From contig NC_086097.1 in assembly GCF_963921235.1 (NCBI RefSeq), positions 120,902,001-120,966,000 on the forward strand: 64,000 nucleotides of DNA, written 5' to 3'. Both the position numbers and the translations under genes were made by a program. The notes below the pieces were generated by a model that saw only the letters and a list, made by a program, of their open reading frames with translations, ran no database searches and was not told the DNA's origin. Source of the stretch: Mobula hypostoma (lineage: Eukaryota). Of this stretch, positions 37,301 through 50,194 are shown one piece after another (the first letter of the stretch is position 1; every line of letters starts with the position of its first letter).

Positions 37301-38771
37301 GCTGATTGCTGTGCTACCGTGCCGTCCCATTGTACCACGAATTCCACCTCTGATACACCACAATGATTCCATTATTCAGACCCTCGCAGGTATTGGAACC
37401 CAAGGTCTGGATCACCACCCTCGATTTGGATTCCATCTTGGGATTAGAGAATGGATGGACCTTCACTACCACTATTGACCTGCAGGCATCCAGATCCTGG
37501 TTTATTATCATCTGGTAGAGAAGCATAGTACCCACACTTGCATCAGTGCTGCATTCTCGGTGAACAGCTACCCAGATCAGACCTACTGTTTGCTGTTGAC
37601 GCTACAGGTGTAGCTCCCAGAGAGATCCACCACTTTCTGAGAGATCACCTCACCAGGAGTTCACCAATATAAAGTGAACTTGCTGAAATCACACCTGCCT
37701 GCTGCATGTAACCCTGCTTAAGATCCAAAATCTACACGGATTATTCGCTGAACTCCTCGTACACAGTATGGAAAAGGATTTCCCTTGTGATCCTGGGAGA
37801 TTCTTGGATGGATCTTCTGCATAAGCAAAGTCAAAGTCAAAGGAAATTTATTATCAAAGTACACTTATGTAGCCGTTCATTTCATTGTGGGCATTTAAAG
37901 GAAAATAAGAGAAATACTTCACAATAGAATTTGTGAAAGCTGTACTTGGGAAACCATCTTTCCCCAGGCAGCAATGGCAAATACCAGAGGACATCCACTT
38001 ACACTGAGGGGAGATGTCAGAGGCAGGTTTTTTACACAGAGAGGGATAGGCACCTGGAAGACATTGCTAGTATTGGTGGCAAAGACTGATTCAATGGTCA
38101 AAGCCAAAGTAAATTTAATTTTCTTGCTGAATTTACAGGAAAATATAGAAATACAATAGAATTTCTTCAAAAAAAACTATATATAAACAAAGACTGATGA
38201 ACATCCAATGTGTAAAAGACGACAAATTGTGCAAATAATAAATAATACCGAGAGCATGAGTTGTAGAATTCTTGAAAGAGACTCCACAGGATGTGGAATC
38301 AGGTAGGAGTTGAGTTGAGTGAAATTATCCATAATGGTTCAGAAGCTTGGTGGTAATAACAGTTCCTGAACCTGAAGTGTGGGACCAAAGGCCTTCCTGC
38401 CCAATAATAACAGAAAGAAGAGAGCATGGTCTGGATGGTGGGGGCCCCCAACAATGCTTCCATGTCTGATCCTTGAAGTCGGGGTAAGCAGTAGTGAGAC
38501 AGGAAACATGGAGTGGTGGGTGAAAGACAATTCTTCAGACGGATGAGAGGTGGGAAATGAGACGCCATAGGAAGCAGTGTCCATGTCATTGTTTATTCAG
38601 CCTTTACAGGAAAATAGTTTGGACATTAGAACTCGAAGTACAATTCCAGAATAAAGAGGTGGGGAGATGAGTTTCTTGTGTAAGAGGGTCACAATAAAAT
38701 GCAGACGACATTAATATAAATATATATAGATTGCTTGTATTGTGATAGCCCTGGAGATGTAGTATCTAAAT

Positions 38772-38851
38772 CAGCTGTTCTCAACCTTCTTTATGCCATG
38801 GACCCTTACCATGAACTGAGGGGTCCATGGTCGCCAGATTGGGAACCCTTG
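38772..38851. mobile_element. 80-bp hAT/Charlie-type MITE with perfect 8-bp TSD ATCTAAAT
   Basis: TSD at 38764-38771 and 38852-38859. Imperfect TIRs cagctgttctcaacct / agattgggaacccttg; internal inverted ccatggaccc/gggtccatgg. Confidence 0.9.
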
Positions 38852-39884
38852 ATCTAAATGAGGATTATAGGGGCACAAACATACAAGTCGATAAATGTTG
38901 CACTGAAATTACCAATTCTATAAAACATGAAACCAAGCACCAAGAATCATCAAACAGAGAAGCATAAATGTTAACGTCTAGTCAGTGGGTCTAATCACAC
39001 TATATAGTCCCAACTTTATCTCCAAAACTTACTTCAATTGTGGATTAATTTCTCAGCAATGGAATCTGAGATAGACAATACCAAGAGGAACTGACAACAC
39101 CAAGAGGACCATCAGGACTGTCCTGATGGAAGGCCATGGCCCAAAATGTCAAGTGTTTATTGCTCTCCAGAAGATGCTGCCTTATCTGCCAAGTTCCTCC
39201 AGCATTTTGCATATGTTACTTTGAATTTCCAGCATCCACAGAAACTCTAGTATTTACAAGGAGGACTATGAATAATTCTTGCAGTAGAAATTGTCGTCAG
39301 TCACACATGCAAAATACCAGATACAGCAGCAGACTTGGGTTATACTCCGCTTCTGAGATTCTGTTCCATTGACCTCAGGGTATTCTTATCCTCAATCTGT
39401 CAATCAGGCTCCTCTTCCCTGATCCTTCGCTGTGTAATGACAATGCCATGACTGCTCCTGTAATTGAATTATGCACGGTTGGCAACAGTAAAGAACAAAA
39501 TTCTGGTTCAGCTCATTTGCCCAGCCATTTTACATGATTTAATTTGAATGCACGCAGGGACACAAGCAAAAGTTCAGTAAAAGGAAATGCAGGAAAACAT
39601 AATTTAAAGGGATTCAACAGTTAAAGCGAATCATCAGAATTGAGAAAAAATAATCTTTGCTATCCATAGGAACCTTGAATTTATTTCAATATTATCTGGT
39701 CATGCAAAGAGGTCTAAGAATCCTAGAGGAAAATAAACTGAAGGAAAAGTCTGAGAAAACAGAGTAGTGATTGAACCTCCCAGCACGTAACTCCTGTCTG
39801 CTGGTTGCTAGTTGCTAGAAAAATGAAATAATCCACATAAATCAGTGCAGAGAAGTGCTTACATGAAATTGGAAATATACTAAT

Positions 39885-40190
39885 AACCACTTTATTAATT
39901 ACCTTCAGTACCTAATAAAGTGGCCACTGAGTGTATGTTCATTGTCTTCTGCTGCTGTAGCCTATCCATTTAAAGGTTCAACATGTTCTGCATTCAGAGA
40001 AACTCTTCCGCGCACCACTGTTGTAATGTCTGGTTATTTGATTTACTGTTGCTTTCTTGTTGGCTTGAACTGATCTGGCATTTCTCCTCTGTACTCTCTC
40101 ATTAACAAAGCATTTTTGCTCACAGAACTGCCACTCACTGGATTTTTTTTTTATCTTTCACACTATTCTCTGTAAACTTTGGAGACTGTT
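39885..40190 (-). mobile_element. Partial Tc1-derived MITE (3' half with terminal hairpin)
   Basis: ccactttattaattaccttcagtacctaataaagtggccactgagtgta followed by the family body; truncated at the Penelope fragment. Confidence 0.8.
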
Positions 40191-40194
40191 AAAC

Positions 40195-40608
40195 TTTTCT
40201 CAGGCTACTAGCCGGGTACAGGTATCGATTTTAACAATCATTTCAATCCCACCTTCATCAGGGATTATACCCAATTAGGTTTCTGCTGTCTCACCTTGTT
40301 CCCAATCAAATTCCAGCTCTTACTTAGAGTGAGACCTTCATCTTTGTTAAAAATTATTTTTTCCTCTGGTTTATTTCAATGGCTTCCTTTACTAGGTAGT
40401 CCCAAAACTATTGGCGAGGTACAGTAGTTTTGTGCCATCAAAGTCAATGCTATGGCCGTTGCGAATGCAGTGTTCCACTACCACCGATTTTTCCAGGTAA
40501 CCCAAATGTATAAATCTCCTGTGCTCTTTGATGTGGGTTTTCAATGTATACATTGGTCCACATTCACAGGGAATCTTGTAAACACCAGCCATCCTGAGTC
40601 CCAGGTCA
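40195..40608 (-). mobile_element. Penelope-like element 3' fragment: GIY-YIG endonuclease remnant plus terminal repeat
   Basis: Peptide GVYKIPCECG...KTHIKEHRR...KSVVVEHCIRNGHSIDF matches the PLE GIY-YIG pattern (the YIG segment is deleted). Downstream CTGATGA...GAAA lies at 40261-40241 on the minus strand. Confidence 0.85.
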
Positions 40609-40609
40609 A

Positions 40610-40960
40610 CAATCAATTCCTTGGTCTTACTGACACTGAGTGCAAGGTTGTTGTTATGACACCACTCAACCAGCTGATCTACTTCTCTCGTGTATGGCTT
40701 CTTGTCACCATCTGAAATTCTGACAATAGTTGTGTCATCGCCAAATTTATAGAGTTGTGCCTAGCCACATAGTTGTGTCAAGCACACATCCTTGAGGTGC
40801 ACCAGTGTTGATTGTCAGTGGGCAGGAGATGTTATTTCTGACCTGCACTGACTGTGGGCTCACGGTGAGGAAGTCGAGGGTCCAGTTGCAGAGGGAGGTA
40901 CAGAGGCCCAGATTTTCGATCTTATTGATTAGTACTGAAGGTATGATGGTGTTGAACACC
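40610..40960 (-). mobile_element. Rex1/Babar-like RT fragment
   Basis: [31 protein letters not shown]...[10 protein letters not shown]. Confidence 0.85.
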
Positions 40961-42309
40961 CTTTGACTAATCCTTGCTTTCCCACAATATCTCTGTTTAA
41001 GCTAATTCCTAACTGAGTTGTAAGTTTCAAAAGTACTGTTTATTTCAAAATCTGTCGCACAATACAGAGGCACAGATTAGAAACCATATTGATCACATTA
41101 ATAGAGCTGTTTGGGGAAAAGAAATGTTTCAGCACAAACATCATCATTATCACAACTCTCAAAAAGTTTAAGGAAGAAAATCAAAAGACATTGAACAAAT
41201 AAAAAGCTTCAAACATGTTATTGAAATTTCTCAATGCTCCCTTCTTTAAAAGCTTAATTTTCTTCTGGCAAATATTACCCATCCGTGTGGGTGTGAGTTA
41301 TCCTTGGGAGTCTTGCCTGCTGCAGTGTTGCGAATTAGAGAGCAGAATTAAGATATATTACACTCCCATTATTATATGGTTATTATGAAGTTCCTTCTTG
41401 TCCCTGTTTTATTTAGATGTAGAAATTGCACAACTTGTACGGAAATTGCTGCTAGACATGCTGCACAAGGGCTGTGGTGGAACTGGAAGTCATCTCTCCT
41501 ATATCTACACTGTGGAACAGGTTTTTAAAAGTTCAACTACACTTAGTTCAACTTGACAGGTGTTTACTGTACATGAGTTAACAAACATCTGTGAGACATA
41601 CTGAATTATAACCTAAACAGCATAGTTCTGAAGTTGTGCTTTTGACATAAATAATTTACAATTGTCAAGGGAGCTGTATAATTATAACTGTGATGCATAA
41701 ACCTATATTGACTCTACAACTATGTTTTCAGTTAGTGCCATCTGTACTCAACTGAAAATGAGTGTTGCCTAAATATTACGGTAATTCCTTTAAGTCGTAT
41801 TTGTTAAATGTACAAATAAGTATTTAGAATTGTGCGGGGAACACAAGTCAAAATGTATTTTATTTTTGGTATTGGGACTTACAAGTCTCAACCCATCCTC
41901 ATAAAATTTTTTATACAGTATACTTTCGTTGGGATTCAGAATTATAAAATCCATTATTCACAGAATCCTATACAAGCAATCAAAGAGTTAATCAAACATT
42001 TACTGTTTTTGCACTGATGCATTGATTCTCTCATAATAAATGTTCATATGCCCCTAAACTCATATTACATTACACAAACAAATTAACATTGATTATGCTA
42101 TGTCCGTGCCGACGTATAATCCAATTTGATGACTTAAAATCCCTCTCCAGATAAAACTAAGCTCCTTGGCGTGGGAATACATAATACAGAAAGACAATCT
42201 GCTCACTCAAATATGAGATGAACAATAAATCATGGACAGTCTTGTCTATACGTCTAATGCATCAATGAATGATATCAAGGTGCAGTTCCATGAGAACCAT
42301 GTACACAAA

Positions 42310-42670
42310 ACATAGAACGTTACATCACAGTACAGGGCCTTCGGCCCATAACATTTTGCCAACCCTTTAACCTACTCTAAGATCAATAAGACCCTCTCCT
42401 CCCATATAGCACACCATTTTTCTGTCATCCATGTGCCTATCCAAGAGTCTTTTAAATGCCTTTAATGTATCTGCCTCTACCACCACCCCTGGCAGCACAC
42501 ACCAAACACCTACCAACGCTTTGTGTGAAAACCTGCTTCTGACATCACCCCTGTACTTTCCTCCAATCATCATAAAGTTATGCCCTCGTACTAGCCATTT
42601 CTGCTCTGGAAAGGAAGACTTTTGCAGTGCACTCTATCTGTGCCTCCTATTATCTTGAACACCTCTCACA
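42310..42670 (-). mobile_element. CR1 3' fragment
   Basis: IGGKYRGDVRSRF...VVEADTLKAFKRLLDRHMD. Confidence 0.85.
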
Positions 42671-43624
42671 TTCTAAAAGCAGGTTATGGAGCCAGTTGGA
42701 TAATTGGAATCAGACAGGAATTAATAGCAATGAGAAGAAGTAAGATCTACAGGGATATAATACAGAGAAAGTGGAACTATTGGCATTGCTCTTCTGTGAG
42801 TCAATATATATCTAACGGACTGAATGGCTTTGTTTTGTGGCATAGTCAGCGAATAACTTCCTAGCTTCTTGATCTAGCCCCATCATAGCTTGATATAGTT
42901 CAATTAAGCTTCTCCCAGCCTCCACTGTTGCAAAGAAAACAACCCTAGTTCATCCCAATTTACCTCAAAGCTACTATTTTCCTGCACAATCCCAGTACAA
43001 TCACATCCTTCTTGTGATATGATGAGTGCAGCTGTCTACAATGTGTCTGTCCATCACTCTGCAGTCCCTGCACAACTTCTCACGTCTTCTGTTAAAGAAT
43101 AATTTCCTGTATGCCTTGTATTGACCTATTCTTCCACCTACTGCAGTCTGTGCACATAACTCCAAGATTCCTCTATTCCTGCATAATATTCAATATCCTC
43201 TTCATTGTTGTTGCTAATTGCATTAACTCTTACTTCATTGAAGTAAATTCAATTAGACATTTTTCAGAGCTTAACCAAATCATCAACATCCTCCCTAAAT
43301 TAGAGATTTTTATGTGTGCCATCACACATGGGGCTATTTTTGAATCATCCAAAAACTTCTTTATCATCAGCCGTTCAATTTGGACTTTAATAGCTAATGA
43401 ATATTACAGGACGCTATGTTTCCCTATAACCCTTATTTAATTCACATGCCTATCAATTCCCACTGGATTCCAATTATGCAATCAGCTCATCAGCACGTGT
43501 TTGGAATATGGGAAGAAACTGGTGACTCATGAGGAGAATATACAAACTCTACACAGTCAGTACCTATGGTCAAGACTGCATAACAGATGGAGTGTCTCGG
43601 CCCAAAACATCAACTGTTTATTCT

Positions 43625-43993
43625 CAGGGCGGACTCAGGAGTCGGCTGTTGTCGGCTGCTTCCAATGCATCGGCAGTTGTCGATGCCTGGAGGTTTATGG
43701 CAGGCAGTTTCTCCCTTTGCCGCCTGCTATCGGGGACTCGGGAGTCGATCGGGACTAGAGACTTTTTTCTTACGGTGCCCATAGTCTGTCCTTTATCAAA
43801 TTATAGTATTGCTTTGCACTGCTGTAACTATATGTTATAATTATGTGGTTCTGTCAGTGTTAGTCTTTGGTTTGTCCTGTTTTTCTGTGATATCACTCTG
43901 GAAGAACATATTATCATTTCTTAATGCATGTACGTATTTCTAAATGACAATAAAAGAGGACTGAGTGCTCTCATAATCTAATCTAATCTAATC
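43625..43993 (+). mobile_element. Unclassified CpG-rich retroposon 3' end with AATAAA and (AATCT)n tail, inserted into a Penelope-type repeat
   Basis: The host reads ...actgtttattctc|insert|cctccatcgatgcc; AATAAA at ~43949; tail at 43975-43993. Confidence 0.6.
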
Positions 43994-44024
43994 CTCCATC
44001 GATGCCTCCTGAGTTACGATAAAA

Positions 44025-45355
44025 CCATAAGACTATAAGACGTAGGAACAGAATTAGGATATTCTGCCCATTGCATCTGCTCTACTTCTCCATAATGGCT
44101 GGTTTATTATTCCTCTCAACTCCATTCTCCTGTTTTCTCCCTGTAACCTTTGATTCTCTGATTATTCAAGAACCTAGCAACTTCCATGTTAAATAAGACC
44201 AGTGACTGGCCTGCACAACCATCTGTGGCAATGAATTCCACAGATTCTCCACCCTCCAGCTAAAGAATTTTCTCTACATCTCTGTTCTAAATGGATGTCT
44301 CCCAATTCTAAGGCTGTGCCTTTTGGTCCTAGGCTCCCCTGATCAACTCTATCTCGACGTTTGAATATTCAGTTGGTTTCAATGAGATCTTCCTTCATTC
44401 TTCTAAACTCCAGCGAGTATAGGTCCAGAGCCCTCAAACACTGCCTGTATGTTAACCCTTTCATTCCTGGGATCAGTCTCATGAACCCTTTCTAGTTCCT
44501 CCCTAATGCCAGCACATCGCTTCATAAATAAGGGGTCAGAAACTGCTCACAATACTCCAAGTGAGCAGCCATGCCTTATAAAGCCTCAACACTACATCCT
44601 TGCTTCCATATTCTAGTCCCCTTGAAATGAATGCTAATATTGCATTTGCCTTCCTCACTACCAACTCAACCTGCAAGTAACCTTTAGGGAATCTTGCATG
44701 AGGACCTCCAAGTCCTTTTGCACCTCAGATTTTTTAATTTTCTTTCCATTTAGAAAATAGTCCATGGCTTTATTCCTTCTGTCAAAGTATATGGTTATGC
44801 ACTTCCCTACACAATATTCCATTTGCCACTTCTTTGCCCATTCCCCCTATTTGTCCAAATCTTCCTGCAGACAGCCTGCTTCCTCGACGTTGCCTTCCTC
44901 TCCATCTATCTTTGTATTATCTGCAAACTTGGTCACAAAGGTGTCAAATCCTTCATCCAAATCATTAATATATAACGTGAAAAGAAGTGGTCCCAACACC
45001 AACCTTGGTGGCACACCGCTAGTCACTGATAGCCAACAAGAATCAGCCCGTTTTATTCCCAATCTTTTCCTTCAGTCAGTAGGCCAATCTTCTATCCATG
45101 CTTGTACCTGTAGTACATGGACTCTTATCTTGTTAAACTGCCTAAGGTGTGGCACCTTCTTAATGGCCTTCTGAAAATTCAAATAAACAACATCTTCTGA
45201 CTCTCCTTTGTCTATCTTGCCCGTTATTTCCTCAAAGAATTCCAACAGATTTGTCAGGCAAAATTTCCCCTTTAGAGAACCATACTGACTTTTGCCCATT
45301 TTGTCATGTGCCTCCAAAATCCCTGAAAACTCATCCTTAATAATAGATTTGAGCA
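44025..45355 (-). mobile_element. Older CR1 fragment (RT to 3'UTR)
   Basis: CLTNLLEFFEEIT, SGVPP.LVLGPLLFTLYINDLD and KFADNTK. Confidence 0.9.
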
Positions 45356-46004
45356 TTTTGTGTATCTTCCTCCTGAACAAGTCAACAGAGTTAACTTATT
45401 TTATTTTATCAAATGGTTTGAGCAGCTGGTGTTTTTCACTCTGGTCTTGATTGTTCTGGATCTCGGCCAGGGTAGCAGGGAATATGATTGAACATCTCCA
45501 AGTTAAGGAGGTCTTAAATCAGCTATGTTCCCTCCTCCAGGATGCCAGCCTGTGAAGTGTAAATCAATGATGCTGGGACTGATGAAGCGTCTTGGCCTGA
45601 AACACTGACTCTTTGTTCCTTTCCGTACATGCTAACTGACCTGCTGAGTACCTCTAGAATTTTGTGTGTGTTTCTGTGAAGTTCAAGACCGTATTAAGTG
45701 AGCATAAAATCTAAAAAGATCCACTAAGCAGAGTAGAAAAATTGGCAGCTGTGCAAAGAGAGACAGCAAAGCCAAAAAGACCCAAGCACTAACGACAGCC
45801 ACCACTTACGCTTACCCATACTACACCAGAATATGTGGGTCTTGGATAGAACTTGACAGCCTCCTGAGGACCCACCAATAGACAACTCCTTAGGAGAACA
45901 TCATACTCAACTCGAGTGATAGCACTGCTGCTCACTCTAGCACAGCAATACTCTAAAGCAAGGCTGCTTTTGTGCTAAAAAAAAAGGTCATGTTAATGCT
46001 ATAT

Positions 46005-46520
46005 CACAGCTGCATTTCTATCTGGTATGGGCGGGGGGACTACTGCACAGAACTGAAAGAAGCTACAGAAAGTTGTAAAATTTATCAGCTTCATCTTGGG
46101 TACAAGCCTCCGTAGTACCCAAGATATCTTCAAGGTGCAGTGCTTCAGAAAGGTTGTGTCCATTATTAAGGACCCCCATCACCCAAGATATGTCCTCTCC
46201 TCATTGTTATCATCAGGAAGGAGGTACAGAAGCCTGAAGGCACACACTAGCTATTCAGGAACAGCTTCTTCCCCTCTGCCATACGATTCCTAAATGGACA
46301 TTGAACCTATGAATACTACCTCACTATTTTTAATATATATTTCTGTTTTTGAACTATTTTTAATCTATTCAATATAATATAGATACTGTAATTGATTTAC
46401 TTATTATTTTCTTTTCCTTTCTACATTATCATGTACTGTATTGCATTGACCTGCTGTTGCTAAGTTAACAAATTTCACGACACATGTCGGTAATAATAAA
46501 CTTGATTCTGATTCTGAAAT
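46005..46520 (+). mobile_element. Rex1/Babar-like 3' fragment with (TTCTGA)n tail
   Basis: CFRKVVSIIKDPHHP...SSGRRYRSLKAHT. Confidence 0.75.
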
Positions 46521-47223
46521 TAAAAAAACATTTTTTGTAGCTACCTAGTTCTCCTTGTCACTACTCACACAAAGCCATGAGAGAATAACTTTAATTATAC
46601 TACTGAGCAGAACATAAACTCACAGAAAACTGAATTGAACTGAAGCATGTTACATGTAACATTGCTGAGTGAAACACACCATAGTTTCTTGTGATGCTGG
46701 AGAGCTCATTCACTTTAAACAAGTGGTTACACATAATGGCAGGTGTACACAAACCAATGCACATATATCATGTGTGACTTTTCAGATATTTTTCAAGTTC
46801 ATTTGTAGCGTGCACATTGAAACAGAGTGAAATGTGCTGTTTGCGTTGACTACCAACACACTCGAAGGTGTGCTGGGCGGCCCACAAGTGTCGTCACACA
46901 GTCCGGCGTCAATATAGCATGCTCCCCATGCTCAGCAGGATAACACAGACTGCATTAAGCAACAAACAGCAAGTTCTTATCCAATAAGTCTGAATCGTCT
47001 TATGCATATTTTGTTGAAGATTCTAGGAAAAAGATGTAGACAAGGCTGCAATGATCATTTAAATTCCCATTCAAACTCCCATCTCCAGACTTAATCAAAC
47101 ATCCTGCAGCATATTTTAGAATGTTCTGAGGACACCAAATCAGAGAAATCCTGCAGTAAGATATTAAAAAAGTATCTCCAATTACAGAAGTAATTTTCCT
47201 TATGATTGAGAGTACAACCTATT

Positions 47224-47765
47224 CATTCAATGGGCACTATATTAGGTACACCTGTACACCTGCTCATTAATGCAAATATCTCATCAGCCAATCATGTGAC
47301 AACAACTCAATGCATAAAAGCATGCAGACATGGTCAAAAGGTTCAGCTGTTGTTCTGATCAAACATCAGAATGGGAGAGACGTAGCCTAAGTGACTTTAA
47401 CCGTGAAATGATTGTTGGTGTCAGAGTGGTTTGAGTATCAAGAAACTGCTGACTCCTGGGACTTTCATGCACAACTGTCTCCAGAGTTTACAGAGAATGG
47501 TGCTAAAAACAAAAAATACCCAGTGAGTGGCAGTCCTGTGGGTGAAAACACTTTGTTACTGATGGAGTTCAGAGGAGAATGGCCAAACTGGTTCAAGCTG
47601 ACAAGAAGGTGACACTAACTCAAAGAACCATGTGTTAATACAGCATTACAACAGTGGTGTGCAGAAGAGCATCTCTGAATGCACAGCATGTCGAATCTTG
47701 CAATGGATGGTCTAAATCAGCAGAAGACTACAAACTTACACTCTGTTGCCATTTTCTTAGGTATA
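47224..47765 (+). mobile_element. Tc1-derived MITE
   Basis: TIR-like cattcaatgggcactatattaggtac, followed by decayed Tc1 N-terminal coding sequence (SETADSWDF...GEWPNWFKLTRR in mixed frames). Confidence 0.85.
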
Positions 47766-47819
47766 GAATGTTCTTGTTTTTACTAAGAAGGGAAAAAGGT
47801 TATTTTTCCTTCTTAAATT

Positions 47820-48930
47820 CATAGAATTATAGACTTGTAAAGTATAGAAACAGGCCTTTTGACCCAGCCCATCCATGCTAACCAAAATGCTTACCTAAGC
47901 TAGATCCATCTCTCTGTAATTAGCCCATATCCTTCTTAACCCTTTCCATCCATGTACCTGTGTAAAATATATACTTTTTTAATGTAGCAATTGCATCTGC
48001 TACTGGCAGCTTATTCCATGTACCCACCACCTCCTGTGTGAAAAACTAACTTCTTAGATCCTCTTTAAATTGTTCCCCTCTCATCTTAAACCTATGCCTT
48101 TTAGTTTGAGATTCCATTACCCTGTAGAAAAGACTGTGACTATATACCCTATCTATGACTCACATAATTTTATAAACCTCTCGAAGGTCACTCTCCAGCC
48201 TACTTTAGTCCAGGGAAAACAGGCCCAGCCAGCTTCTTTCTCTCAAGTCCTCCAATTCAGGTAACGTCCCTTGCAAACCTTCACCTCACCCTCTTGGGTT
48301 AATAGTGTTCTTCCCATTGTGTGGCGGCCAGAACTGCACACAATATTTCAGAGGCATTCTAACATTTTGTGCAACTGCAATATGACACCCCAACTCCTGT
48401 ACTCAGTGCCATGGGTGATGAAGGCAAACATGCCATATGTTTTCTGTACTACCTTACTTATCCATCAGTACCCCTAGGTCCCACTGTACAACAACAGCGC
48501 ACCAAAACTCTGGCATTCACTGAGCATGTCCTGGCCCAGTTTAATTTCCCAAATCCCAAATGCATCACTTCACACCTGTCTGAGTTGAATACCATCCATT
48601 CTTCTTTTGCCCAACCTTCTTGGTTGTCAACTGTAACACCAATTCTGGTGTCATCAACATACCTACTATTTGTGCAACCAACAACCTTTTCAAGATCACT
48701 TAATATTCAGTGGACAAAGCACCAGTCCTGGGGCACACCACTGGTCATAGGGTTCAATCTGAAAAACAGCCCTCGCTACCACCCACTGCCTCATACCACC
48801 AAGCCAATAATGTACGCAATTTACTAGCTCACCTTGTATCTCATATGACCTAATCTTCTGGAGCAGCCTATCACATGAGACATTGTTGAAGACCTTGTTA
48901 AAGTCCATGTAGGCAAATACTAGCACTCCC
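47820..48930 (-). mobile_element. Old CR1 fragment
   Basis: YMDFNKVFNNVSCDRLLQKIRSYEIQG peptide, with 3'UTR at ~47820. Confidence 0.8.
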
Positions 48931-49253
48931 ACCCTTCCTGCAAACCACATGATAAATGTTTGCATTATCTGCACATTTCTGTATCATGAACCCTACCTGT
49001 AAGTCCAAATAAAGAGGGATATAGATCGCATCATACACTGAAAGGAACTTCACCAGTAGATGTCATCTTGTCACTGAAACGCCAATCATTGGTTACTCTC
49101 TGCTTACTACCACTGAGCTTATTTTGGATCCAATTTTCCACTCACCTTTGATCCGACATTCCCCACTTTTTTGTTCACAAGTAACTATTCATCTGCCAAA
49201 CTCACTTGGCAACTCTTCCTCATACAAAACAAAATGTCAGTATATCCTTCGGT

Positions 49254-49267
49254 GTTACCATGGCAAC
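49254..49267. promoter_or_regulatory. Candidate RFX X-box
   Basis: GTTACCATGGCAAC fits GTNRCC-AT-RGYAAC, in non-repeat sequence. Confidence 0.4.
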
Positions 49268-49409
49268 TTCACTTCATTCATCTTAGGCGTGCTTTCCAAG
49301 TGTTTAGATTTCTCCACCGTGGTACTTCTTTGTGAGAGTGTAAGATTCAAGATTTAAGGTTGTTTATTGTTGTTCTTAAGTAAATAAATGTAAAGGAGAA
49401 TGAAGTGAT

Positions 49410-49745
49410 TAGCAACGCATACAAAATGCTGGTGGAACTCAGCAGGTCAGGCAACATCTATGGAAAAGAGTAAACAGTCGACATTTTGGACCGGGACCCT
49501 TCTTCAGCACTGGGAAAGAAGGGGGAAGATGCCTGAATAAAAAGATGGGGGAGGGGAAAGAGGAAGGTGATAGGTGAAGCCAGGTGGGTGGGAAAGCTCA
49601 GAAGCTCGAGGAGACGGAATCTGATAAGAGAGGAGAGTGGACCATAGGGGAAAGGGATTGGAGGAGGTAGCACCCAGGGGGAAGTAATAGGCAGTTGAGA
49701 AGAAGTGAAAGGTCAGAGTGGGGGACAGAAGAAGTGGGGGAAGTT
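49410..49745 (-). mobile_element. Penelope-type terminal repeat with hammerhead remnant
   Basis: Minus strand 49512-49475 reads cagtg-CTGAAGA-agggtcccggtcc-AAAA-tgtc-gactg. Confidence 0.7.
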
Positions 49746-50194
49746 ACTACACTCCAGATCCAACTTAGCATCAATAAACAAAAGCATGAAGAACATAATG
49801 GATAAAAATATAAAATCAATCCTATGAAACAGAACGTGCAAGTAATTGTTGTATGCATACACTGATTGTATGTACTGACAGTGAGGCTAGGTGTATGTAG
49901 TGGTGGTGGGGGTAGTGGGCTGAGTTAATGGGTGGAGGTGTTGATCATCCCGATGGCTTGGGAAAAGAAAGGTGTGCTTCTTCTGAAGTGCTCTTCATTG
50001 GAAGGAGGAATGAAGATGGGTGAATGATGGGGACGTGGGCCGGATGAGTAAAGGAGGAAGGAATCAGTGATTTCCTGGAGAGGAGGAGCACCTCTCTGAC
50101 TTGGAGTTTGTCATGTAACTGCTCAAAGTCTCTGAAAGTATAGCAGCAGCCTTCTGGGACTGCATACTCAGGGATGCAAGATGTGGTAATGCAG

